Positions 56,073 to 64,000 of a DNA stretch of 64,000 bases are shown here, in pieces; within the stretch, counting starts at the first letter, position 1; every line of letters begins with the position of its first letter. Source of the stretch: an archaeon. GTDB lineage: Archaea; Nanobdellota; Nanobdellia; Pacearchaeales; GW2011-AR1. Under the pieces are notes generated by a model. It had not been told where the DNA came from. It did not search any database and saw only the letters and a list, made by a program, of their open reading frames with translations. Where the stretch lies: NCBI GenBank assembly GCA_024278335.1, contig JAJRTJ010000003.1, positions 101,297 to 165,296 of the forward strand, in the 5' to 3' direction. Made by a program: the position numbers and the translations under genes.

Positions 56073-56630
56073 ATGGGAGAATTGAAAATTAATGTTAGGA
56101 AGATTGAGGAAGGAGATTTTGAGCGAGTTTTTTTTCTTTGGGTTCAAGATTGTTGTGAAGCAGGGTATGAAGCACATTCTTGTCCTATTTCAGAGAGTAA
56201 AGGATATGTTTTTGGAAGGTGTTTATCTGGAAGAGGATTTGTAAGTTGCATTGCTGAGAGAGATATTTTTGGATTTGTTTTTTATGGTAAGCCTGTTGAA
56301 GAGTCTACAAATTGTGGATGGCTTTATAATTTGTATGTTTCCCCTCATTTTAGAAGACTTGGGGGAGGAAGCAGGTTAGTTTCTTCTGTTGCAAAAGAAT
56401 TTTTGTCTCAGGGTTTTTCAAGAATGAAATTAAATCTCCCTCAAATAGGTCCAGAGAGAGCCAGGAGATTTTATCAATCCCTTGGCTTTTCAATTCTTTC
56501 TGATGGAACAATGGTTCATTCAAATCTAAAAAAATTATGTTTTTTTGAAGAAGAACCTCTTTTAAAAGGAACTTTTTTTATACAGGCTAAATCTCCTAGA
56601 CAAAAACAATTTTCCGAAAGATTTAAATAG
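56073..56630 (+). CDS. GNAT-family N-acetyltransferase
   Basis: Acetyl-CoA loop VSPHFRRLGGGSRL, and C-terminal FYQSLGF. Confidence 0.7.
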   Translation: MGELKINVRKIEEGDFERVFFLWVQDCCEAGYEAHSCPISESKGYVFGRCLSGRGFVSCIAERDIFGFVFYGKPVEESTNCGWLYNLYVSPHFRRLGGGSRLVSSVAKEFLSQGFSRMKLNLPQIGPERARRFYQSLGFSILSDGTMVHSNLKKLCFFEEEPLLKGTFFIQAKSPRQKQFSERFK

Positions 56631-56651
56631 TATATACATCCAGTATATACC

Positions 56652-57002
56652 ATGATAGATATATTTGATACAACAATTATTTGTAAAAAATGCGGAAAAG
56701 AAATGCAAAAATCAAAGATAGAGAAAAATGGATTTGTTTTAAGGGTTGTTGTTTGTCCAAAATGCAGGGAAAAAATTGTTCATCCGCTTGATGAGGCAGA
56801 ATATAAAAAATTTTTAAACTTAAAAAACAAAGAATATAGAGTTAAAATGAGGTTGGTCGGAAATAGTTATGCTGTTTCAATTCCAAAAGAGATTGTTTCA
56901 TTTATGGAGCATCAGGAAAAAATAATGAATGAAATGGTTAGACTTTGTTTTGAAGATTTTGGAAGACTCTCTTTAAATTTTGGAGTAAAAGGAAATGCCT
57001 AA
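56652..57002 (+). CDS. Zinc-ribbon plus AbrB/SpoVT-type swapped-hairpin DNA-binding protein
   Basis: CKKCG...CPKC, followed by RLVGNSYAVSIPKEIV. The 3' end overlaps the cdc48 start by 8 nt. Confidence 0.55.
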   Translation: MIDIFDTTIICKKCGKEMQKSKIEKNGFVLRVVVCPKCREKIVHPLDEAEYKKFLNLKNKEYRVKMRLVGNSYAVSIPKEIVSFMEHQEKIMNEMVRLCFEDFGRLSLNFGVKGNA

Positions 57003-59328
57003 AAAGAATATTAAATTGACTGTTGTTGAAGCAATGCAAGATGATGCATATAAGGGAATTGCAAGAATTGACCAAACAATTATGAATGGGCTTGGAATTA
57101 AAAGAGGAGATGTGATTAAGATAAAGGGCTCTCGAGAAACTGTGGCTATTGCAGACAGGGCTTATCCTGCAGATGTTGGGGAAGGAATAATTCGTATTGA
57201 CGGGATTTTGAGAAGAAATGCTGGAACTGGTATTGGAGATGTTGTTGAAGTCAGTGCATCAGAAGTAAAAGAGGCAAAGAAAATTATTATTGCTCCAGCT
57301 CAAAAAGGAATTATGGTTCAGGCAGATTCTGAAACATTGAGGAGAGGCCTTTTAGGAAGAGCATTGGTCAAGGGGGATTTGGTTGTTTTAGGAGGAGTGC
57401 AAAGAAGAAAAGACTTGTTTTCTGAGATGGGAGGATTGTTTGGAGATGAATTTGAAGAAATGTTTGGTGGAGCTTTTGGGGAAATGGGCTTTGGAGGACT
57501 GAGCGGAGGATTGACTCAGATTAAATTTGTAATTATTAATACAAATCCTGTTAAACCAGTAATTGTAACTGAAAATACAGAGGTTGTTTTAAATCCAAAA
57601 GCAGTTGAATCCTCTGATGAGAGAATCCCGGATATTACTTATGAAGATATCGGGGGGTTGAAGGAAGAAATTAAAAAAATCCGAGAGATGGTTGAAATTC
57701 CAATGAAGCATCCAGAGATTTTTGAAAAGCTTGGTGTTGAACCTCCAAAAGGAGTTTTGTTGCATGGTCCTCCTGGAACAGGCAAGACTCTTTTAGCAAA
57801 AGCAGTTGCAAATGAATCTGAGGCTAATTTTGTTTTATTAAATGGTCCGGAGATTATGTCTAAATTTTATGGAGAATCTGAAAAAAAGATTAGGGAAATC
57901 TTTGAAGAAGCTGAAAAAAATGCGCCCACAATTATTTTTATTGACGAGATTGATGCAATTGCTCCAAAGAGAGAGGATGCTCAAGGAGAAGTTGAACGAA
58001 GGGTTGTTTCTCAGCTTTTAACTATGATGGATGGTTTGAAAGCTCGAGGCAAGGTGATTGTTATTGGAGCTACAAATAGGGTTAATTCTATTGATGAAGC
58101 GTTGAGAAGGCCTGGGCGTTTTGACAGAGAGCTTTCTATTGGAGTTCCGGGAAAAGAAGGGCGTTTAGCTATTTTAAAAATTCATACTCGTGGAATGCCT
58201 TTGGAGAAGGATGTTAATCTTGATGCCATTGCTTCTCTTACTCACGGGTTTGTTGGTGCAGATTTAGAAGCTTTAACAAAAGAAGCGGCTATGAGTGTCT
58301 TAAGAAAAAATCTTCCTGATTTAAAGATAGAAGAGGAGAGCATTTCTCAGGAATTTTTGGAAAGTCTTGTAGTGAAGCAAGATGATTTTGAAAATGCATT
58401 GAAGGTTGTAAGACCCTCTGCTATGAGGGAAGTTTTAATTGAGACTCCAAATATTTCTTGGGAGGATGTTGGAGGCCTTGAAGGAATTAAACAAGAACTT
58501 AGGGAGGCAGTTGAATGGCCGATTAATAATCCGGAGAGTTTTGCAAGGCTGGGCATTCGTCCTGCAAGAGGGATTTTACTTTATGGTCCTCCTGGAACAG
58601 GCAAGACTCTTTTAGCAAAAGCAGTTGCAAAAGAAGCAGAAGCTAATTTTATTCAAGTTAAAGGACCTTCTCTTTTGAGTATGTGGGTTGGAAAGTCTGA
58701 AGAAGGAGTTAGAAAGATTTTTGAAAGAGCAAGGCAAGTTGCTCCATGTATTATCTTTTTTGATGAGATTGATTCTCTTGCAGGGAGAAGAGGACAGGAA
58801 AGCGGAACAAAAGTTACTGAAAGAGTATTAAACCAATTGCTTTCTGAAATGGACGGCTTAGAAGATTTAAATGATGTTTTAGTTATTGCTGCTACAAATA
58901 GGCCAGATATGCTTGACCCTGCTGTTTTAAGGCCTGGAAGATTTGATAAAATACTTTTAGTTAATGCTCCTGAGCAAAAAGGAAGGGAAAATATTTTAAA
59001 AATTCACACTGAAAAAATGCCTCTTGGAACACAAGGCAAGGTTTTTAATAAAGCAGATAAAATAAAGTTTATCAAGGAAATTGCTAAGAAAACAGAAGGC
59101 TATTCTGGGGCGGACCTTGAAGCAGTTGTTCGTGAAGCTGCAATGCTGGCATTAAGGGAGAATATTAATTCCAAGATTGTCGCTAAAAAGCATTTTGAAA
59201 AAGCCATTAGTAAAATAAAACCAAGTATTACAAAACAGACAATTGAAATTTATAAAAAAGTTGAAGAGAGTTTTTTAAAGTCTGCTAAGTCTGGAGTCAA
59301 GGAAAACGGAAATAGTTATTTGGGATAA
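56995..59328 (+). CDS. cdc48: CDC48/VCP-like AAA+ ATPase
   Basis: N-domain, then two AAA modules, each with [12 protein letters not shown] and second-region-of-homology blocks. Confidence 0.9.
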   Translation: MPKKNIKLTVVEAMQDDAYKGIARIDQTIMNGLGIKRGDVIKIKGSRETVAIADRAYPADVGEGIIRIDGILRRNAGTGIGDVVEVSASEVKEAKKIIIAPAQKGIMVQADSETLRRGLLGRALVKGDLVVLGGVQRRKDLFSEMGGLFGDEFEEMFGGAFGEMGFGGLSGGLTQIKFVIINTNPVKPVIVTENTEVVLNPKAVESSDERIPDITYEDIGGLKEEIKKIREMVEIPMKHPEIFEKLGVEPPKGVLLHGPPGTGKTLLAKAVANESEANFVLLNGPEIMSKFYGESEKKIREIFEEAEKNAPTIIFIDEIDAIAPKREDAQGEVERRVVSQLLTMMDGLKARGKVIVIGATNRVNSIDEALRRPGRFDRELSIGVPGKEGRLAILKIHTRGMPLEKDVNLDAIASLTHGFVGADLEALTKEAAMSVLRKNLPDLKIEEESISQEFLESLVVKQDDFENALKVVRPSAMREVLIETPNISWEDVGGLEGIKQELREAVEWPINNPESFARLGIRPARGILLYGPPGTGKTLLAKAVAKEAEANFIQVKGPSLLSMWVGKSEEGVRKIFERARQVAPCIIFFDEIDSLAGRRGQESGTKVTERVLNQLLSEMDGLEDLNDVLVIAATNRPDMLDPAVLRPGRFDKILLVNAPEQKGRENILKIHTEKMPLGTQGKVFNKADKIKFIKEIAKKTEGYSGADLEAVVREAAMLALRENINSKIVAKKHFEKAISKIKPSITKQTIEIYKKVEESFLKSAKSGVKENGNSYLG

Positions 59329-59359
59329 TCAGAATTTTTCAGAGCCAAGGCAGATGTTT

Positions 59360-60247
59360 TTAGTTTGTAGTCACAATAACTTTTTCCCCCTCAATTAAAA
59401 GGGTATGTTCAGCTTGAGCGACTTTTGCACCAGAAACTTCTGCAAGCTGTTTGAAGTGGTGGAGATTTGAATTTTCTTCGAGCTGTTTTAAGGCAATTTT
59501 TGCTTTTGCTCCAAATTTTCTAATTATCCATCTTGAACAAAAAGGAAGGGTTTGGTATTCTTGCAGGGCATATTCTAAAATCTCTCTTGCAAGCTGGCTT
59601 CTTGGAGTTTTTGTATCTTTAATTAAATAAATTTCTGAAGGCTTTCCGTCCTTTACTTTACCGCTTCCTGTTGTTGAAAAAGGCTCAATTGCATAAAGCC
59701 CCGAATCTATTTTTTGAGATTGTTTTGTGTCTATGTTTGGAATGCTTATTCCTGCATGAAGGTCATATTGCTCCATTCCATGTCCAGTTAAATTTGTTAT
59801 TGGAGAGAACTTCTGCAATTCAATTGTTTTTTGAATAATTTGCCCTATTTCTCCAAGTGTTGTTTCTGAGGATTTTTGTTTTATTAACTCTATTGCATTT
59901 TCTAAGGCTTGTTCTGCAGTTTGAATTAATTGTTTGTTTTCTTTGGAGTTTTCTAAATCAATGCTAAATGCAGTATCTGCTATCCATCCATCAACATGAA
60001 CTCCAATATCTATTTTTAACAATCCTGAAGCAAGAGTTTTGTCTTCTATTGTTGGAGTATAATGTGCTGCGATTTCATTTGTAGAAAGATTAACTGGAAA
60101 AGCAGGTCTGCCTCCAAGCTCAATTATTTTGAATTCTATTTTTTCAGAGATTTCTAAAAGAGGAACATCTTTTTTTGTGATTGTTTTAGCATAATCTACC
60201 ACTTGTTTTGCTATTTGTCCTGCTTTTAGGATTCTTTCTTTATCCAT
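59360..60247 (-). CDS. map: Methionine aminopeptidase, type 2
   Basis: Pita-bread fold blocks (DIGVHVDGWIAD, GHG, AQAEHT) with the type-2 helical insert. Confidence 0.8.
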   Translation of the reverse strand: MDKERILKAGQIAKQVVDYAKTITKKDVPLLEISEKIEFKIIELGGRPAFPVNLSTNEIAAHYTPTIEDKTLASGLLKIDIGVHVDGWIADTAFSIDLENSKENKQLIQTAEQALENAIELIKQKSSETTLGEIGQIIQKTIELQKFSPITNLTGHGMEQYDLHAGISIPNIDTKQSQKIDSGLYAIEPFSTTGSGKVKDGKPSEIYLIKDTKTPRSQLAREILEYALQEYQTLPFCSRWIIRKFGAKAKIALKQLEENSNLHHFKQLAEVSGAKVAQAEHTLLIEGEKVIVTTN

Positions 60248-60347
60248 GAAAGTAATAAAAAAGAAATGTTTATTAGTTTTCCCTTTTTTTGGTATTTTCT
60301 ATTTTTTGTTTAGTTAGATTTAAATAATCTTTATTTGGCTCTTTTTT

Positions 60348-61256
60348 ATGAAGTTTACTAGAAGAGAGTGTATTGGGAAAATAGGGGGTTGTTTAGCTGG
60401 CTTTCTTTTTGAACCGGTTTTGTCTGCAGAAGAATTTTTCTGTGGGTGGATGAAAAAACATGGAGTTATTTTAGAACATGATTTTAATTCAGAGGAATTA
60501 TCTGATTTTGAACAGATTTTGGATTCATACTCCTCTTTGATTGGCGATTTAAGAGCTTTTTCCTTTAATTTTAGAAAAATGAAGTTTGATAAAGATTATT
60601 GCTGTTTGCAGGTTAGAAGCGAGGGAACTTTTCATCCTAATCCTCTTTCTGGTTATTGGAGCAGAGGTTTTACTTCTCCAGTAACTCATAAAATTACTTT
60701 GGCTCCGAAAAAAGCTTTGGAAGATTTTGAAATTTTTTTGTATAAACGAAATTTGATTCCATTAGGGGAAGAAGGAAGAACCCATGGCTTTAGATGGACT
60801 TTGGCTCATGAAATGGCTCATTCCCTTGCATTTAAGTTAGGTTTTGGTTATGAATTGATGGGGCTTTTCTCTCTGCCAGATAATGTAAAATACCCTTTTT
60901 CTAAAGAGTGGATCAATTTAAGCTGGAGGATTAAGGAGAATATTAAAAATGCGGAACATAGGTCTTTTAAAGGACGGAAAAAGAGGGTTGAAGGATTTCC
61001 TACATATTATAGTTATTTTGGAAGTAGGGGGAGAAGTTCTGAACATGAGACTTTTGCAGATTGTGTTGCTTACCTTGTTACAGGTTCTTCTTATGCAGAA
61101 GGAGATGTTTTTCTGGAAAAAAGACTTGATCTTATTTTGGAAAAATTTAATGGAATTAGACAAAATGGGCATGGACAATTATTGGCCCCCCCCCCGGTAA
61201 GAGACTATAAGAAAAAATTTTCTAATAGCTTTTATCCCCGCGTTTTACAGAAATAA
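60348..61256 (+). CDS. Putative secreted zincin-like metalloprotease
   Basis: HEMAH (HExxH), an N-terminal RR-containing segment, and a hydrophobic stretch. Confidence 0.45.
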   Translation: MKFTRRECIGKIGGCLAGFLFEPVLSAEEFFCGWMKKHGVILEHDFNSEELSDFEQILDSYSSLIGDLRAFSFNFRKMKFDKDYCCLQVRSEGTFHPNPLSGYWSRGFTSPVTHKITLAPKKALEDFEIFLYKRNLIPLGEEGRTHGFRWTLAHEMAHSLAFKLGFGYELMGLFSLPDNVKYPFSKEWINLSWRIKENIKNAEHRSFKGRKKRVEGFPTYYSYFGSRGRSSEHETFADCVAYLVTGSSYAEGDVFLEKRLDLILEKFNGIRQNGHGQLLAPPPVRDYKKKFSNSFYPRVLQK

Positions 61257-61257
61257 T

Positions 61258-61731
61258 CTAACCCTTCTCTTTTAATCTTCGATTCTTTGGAATAAAGTTT
61301 GAGATTTTTTCTGCAGAAGCTTTTCCTGTTCCTAAAAAATCATTTTTGTATTTTATTACTATAAACCCTTGCTGTTTTGGCTTGAGATTTAATTCATTTC
61401 CATGCATCCATTTTAACATTTGTTTTTCTGTAAGCTGAAAAATGTTTTTTGTTATTTGATCTGCAAGAATCTGTGTTCCTTCAATTGACAGCCGTATTCC
61501 TTCCCCAACTTCTTTTGCAAAATAAACTCCTGCTCTTTCAATTGGAATTTCTTGTTCTAAATTAATTATTTCTTTTGGCGCAAGATCTCCTTGATAAAGA
61601 AAGATTCTTTCTGCCCCTTTTTTAATTAATATTCCTGGAATTTCTTTTATGCCAAATTGTGATTGGAGTTTTTCTTTTATTTTTTGAGTTTCTTTTTCTG
61701 AAAATATCTTAAGGTAATGGTGTTCTCTCAT
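61258..61731 (-). CDS. Hypothetical protein, possibly PUA/RsmF C-terminal-like
   Basis: 157-aa ORF downstream of the m5C methyltransferase on the same strand. Assignment is weak. Confidence 0.4.
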   Translation of the reverse strand: MREHHYLKIFSEKETQKIKEKLQSQFGIKEIPGILIKKGAERIFLYQGDLAPKEIINLEQEIPIERAGVYFAKEVGEGIRLSIEGTQILADQITKNIFQLTEKQMLKWMHGNELNLKPKQQGFIVIKYKNDFLGTGKASAEKISNFIPKNRRLKEKG

Positions 61732-62140
61732 GTCTTTTTTAATTTAATTAAGTTTATAAAATCTTAGACTTATTTTTTCTTATGCTTAAAAAAAGAACAA
61801 AACTTTCTAAGCTATGCAATTTAGTTTATGGGGGTTTTATGACAAATGCTGTTTTAAATCTCGGTCCTGCTTTTGTGAGTTTTGGATTTTTAAATATCTT
61901 AGAGTATGCAAATTTTCCAAAAGAGCAAATTGAGGTAATTAGAGAGATGCTTATGATTTTGCAAGTCAGGCATTGATTTTTGGTTATTTTTCTTCTAAAA
62001 AGGAAAAAAGTCGTTCAAGACCGCACTATTCTCCAAAAATTATTTTTCAAGAACAGCCCCCTTCTGTTCCAATGCCTTTGTTAAATCCTAAAAAGCCTTA
62101 TAACAAACATCCTTGGCACCATTGTTAATTCTACGGATAA

Positions 62141-62182
62141 TTAATCTTTTATTTTTTTAAATTTAGCAATGAAGAATCCCTC
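62141..62182 (-). repeat. 42-bp copy (41/42) of the 3' end of the m5C methyltransferase gene
   Basis: TTAATCTTTTATTTTTTTAAATTTAGCAA[T/G]GAAGAATCCCTC at 62141-62182 and 62232-62273. The orphan copy encodes ..EGFFIAKFKKIKD* on the minus strand. Confidence 0.85.
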
Positions 62183-62231
62183 AACTCGGCACTCTTCATT
62201 GGGATTTGTATTTTGTTTTTATTTGCATTGT

Positions 62232-63200
62232 TTAATCTTTTATTTTTTTAAATTTAGCAAGGAAGAATCCCTCGGTATTATTGTCTTGAGGGTAAACTCT
62301 GCAGGAAAATTTTACTTCTTCAAGATATTTTTCTTCTTTCCACGAGGTTATGCCTTGTCTTGGATTTATTGGGAGCTTGATTTTTTCAATCTTGACTTTG
62401 TCTGTAAATTCTTTTAGAAAAAAATTTACAACTGCCTCATTTTCTTCAGGTGCATGAGTGCAAGTTGAATAAACTATTTCTCCGTTTGTTTTCAAAATAT
62501 CCCAGCTTGCTTTAAGCATTTGCTTTTGCAGTTTTGAAAGGGAAAAAATTGTTTTTGGGTTCCACATTAAATAAGTTTTATGGCTTGAACGCAGGGTTCC
62601 TTCTCCAGAGCAAGGAGCATCAATTAAAATTTTGTTAAATTTGAATTTTATTTTAGCAAGTCTTCTGCAAAGAGCAATGCCGTCTTTTTTTGTTATTATT
62701 GTATTTGTTACTCCGCATCTTTCTAAATTACTTGCAAGTATTTTTAATCTTGACATTGAAATTTCATTTGCAATAATTATTCCCGTATTTTTCATCATTG
62801 CAGCTATCTGGCTTGTTTTGCTTCCTGGAGCAGCACACAAATCAAGAACTTTTTCTTTTGGTAGGGGGTTTAAAGCAATTGGGGGAAGCATTGAAGCAAG
62901 CTCTTGAATATAATAATATCCTAAAAGATGTTCTAAAGATCTTCCGAGCTCGCCAGGTTCAAGTTCAGATTCAATAATCATTACTTTTGGATAATCTTTC
63001 CATGGCTGAATAATCTTCCAATTATATTTTTTTTCTAATTGTAATTTTAATTTTTTAGGAGAAATCTTTAAGGTATTGCATCTAATTGAACGCACTGGCT
63101 CTTGTTTAAGGATTTCTTTATATTTTTCAAAATCTTTTCCGAGAAGATTCTGCATTCTCTCTTTAAAAAGAAGCTTCATTTCTGGAATTTTTCTTTTCAT
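62232..63200 (-). CDS. NOL1/NOP2/Sun-family RNA cytosine-C5 methyltransferase
   Basis: DLCAAPGSKT, DAPCSGEG and YSTCTHAPEENE motifs. Confidence 0.85.
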   Translation of the reverse strand: MKRKIPEMKLLFKERMQNLLGKDFEKYKEILKQEPVRSIRCNTLKISPKKLKLQLEKKYNWKIIQPWKDYPKVMIIESELEPGELGRSLEHLLGYYYIQELASMLPPIALNPLPKEKVLDLCAAPGSKTSQIAAMMKNTGIIIANEISMSRLKILASNLERCGVTNTIITKKDGIALCRRLAKIKFKFNKILIDAPCSGEGTLRSSHKTYLMWNPKTIFSLSKLQKQMLKASWDILKTNGEIVYSTCTHAPEENEAVVNFFLKEFTDKVKIEKIKLPINPRQGITSWKEEKYLEEVKFSCRVYPQDNNTEGFFLAKFKKIKD

Positions 63201-63239
63201 AAAAATCTAAGATTAAAGAAGTATTTAAGATTGTAGTTT

Positions 63240-63632
63240 TTAATCTTTTGCAAGCCTTTTCCAATCAATTCTTGGGTCTTGTCCTCTTTGTTCTCCGCTA
63301 CTAATTACAACAAGGTTTTGATATCCTGGGATATGTTTTCCTCTTAAGGCTGGCTCAAGATAATGTTTTGGAAAGCTATGCGGAAGAATTCTTTTTAATC
63401 CAATTCCTCTTGGAGCCAATATTGCAAGTGCATAATTTTCTTTATTTTCTCTTATTCCAAAAACCTCTATTTCAGGCTCATTTAGTGCTTTCCATACTCT
63501 TGCCCATTTTTTATCTTCTTCATCTAATTCAAAACAAAGCCAGTCTTTGCAGGAGCCAGTTTTTATTAAAATGGTTCTTTCTGGTGATTGACTTTTTTTA
63601 ATAACTCTTGCAAATAATCTTTCTAATGTCAT
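63240..63632 (-). CDS. Hypothetical protein
   Basis: 130-aa ORF with no competing frame. No family recognised. Confidence 0.4.
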   Translation of the reverse strand: MTLERLFARVIKKSQSPERTILIKTGSCKDWLCFELDEEDKKWARVWKALNEPEIEVFGIRENKENYALAILAPRGIGLKRILPHSFPKHYLEPALRGKHIPGYQNLVVISSGEQRGQDPRIDWKRLAKD

Positions 63633-63726
63633 AAAAGCGGTAAAAATAAGGGGTATTTAAGACTTTTGTTTAAATTTTTGTAATAATTTTAGCAAAATTT
63701 ATAATCTTTAAAGTATCTATTTTAAA

Positions 63727-64000
63727 ATGGATGATAAAGAAAGACAATCCCTGCTTAGAGAATTGTCTAAAACAAGGAGTCCTGGGGAGATTGTGGTGAG
63801 AACTATTGTTTTTGATGATGATATTAATGATTTTCTTAAAGGTTTGCAAAAAGCAAGAGACAGATTTAAAAAGTCAAAATTGGTTGTTGGCTCTGGAATA
63901 GCAAGAATGAGGAAGGCAAGCGAGGTTCCTACACAATATGAGTTAAGTGAGCAAGTAGATTATTTTGCAGGAAAACTCTCTGGTTCTTATCGCCTTAGAA
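63727..64000 (+). CDS. 5' part of an unidentified gene (runs off the right edge)
   Basis: ATG at 63727 opens a frame (MDDKERQSLLRELSKTRSPGEIVV...) that is still open at the window end. Confidence 0.3.
   Translation, partial: MDDKERQSLLRELSKTRSPGEIVVRTIVFDDDINDFLKGLQKARDRFKKSKLVVGSGIARMRKASEVPTQYELSEQVDYFAGKLSGSYRLR

Overview
This is a visibly AT-rich, gene-dense archaeal chromosome segment. Archaeal identity rests on MCM, TBP, aIF1A, aIF2-beta, aRF1, L15e, NAC, Sec61-beta, TFS, GatE and an ATP-dependent DNA ligase. Small proteins, very short or overlapping gene junctions and the gene set suggest a reduced DPANN-type genome, but that is inference. I support about 80 protein genes, mostly translation, replication, cell division and proteostasis housekeeping. 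There are three tRNA genes: Asn-GUU, Ile-GAU with a 35-nt intron, and Lys-CUU. I found no rRNA and no CRISPR array. The most unusual signal is at the tRNA genes, since all three carry a partial copy of themselves within about 50-120 bp. tRNA-Lys and tRNA-Asn are also each preceded by a fragment of their own 5' part followed by the same ~42-nt hairpin-containing module. The only plausible TATA element sits upstream of that fragment, which suggests a conserved structured leader or a tRNA-targeting mini-element. Other accessory or odd features are listed here. (1) A 1.67-kb transposon-like insertion has 21-bp inverted repeats and a 10-bp target duplication, and carries a truncated Zn-finger/HTH transposase, an orphan HsdS-like specificity domain and a small Zn-ribbon gene. 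(2) A nuclease-like ORF is wedged between groES and groEL of a bacterial-type chaperonin operon. (3) Several genes look damaged or recoded: a DHH phosphoesterase with one in-frame TAA, two frameshifted genes, and an M14-like ORF with no canonical start. (4) There is a 49-nt perfect repeat inside cdc48 and a duplicated 3' end of an RNA m5C methyltransferase gene. Limits: no similarity searches were run, so all functional calls come from motifs recognised by eye. Small-feature coordinates were hand-counted. Homopolymer lengths cannot be counted reliably by eye, so frameshift calls lean on the frames given in the ORF track.
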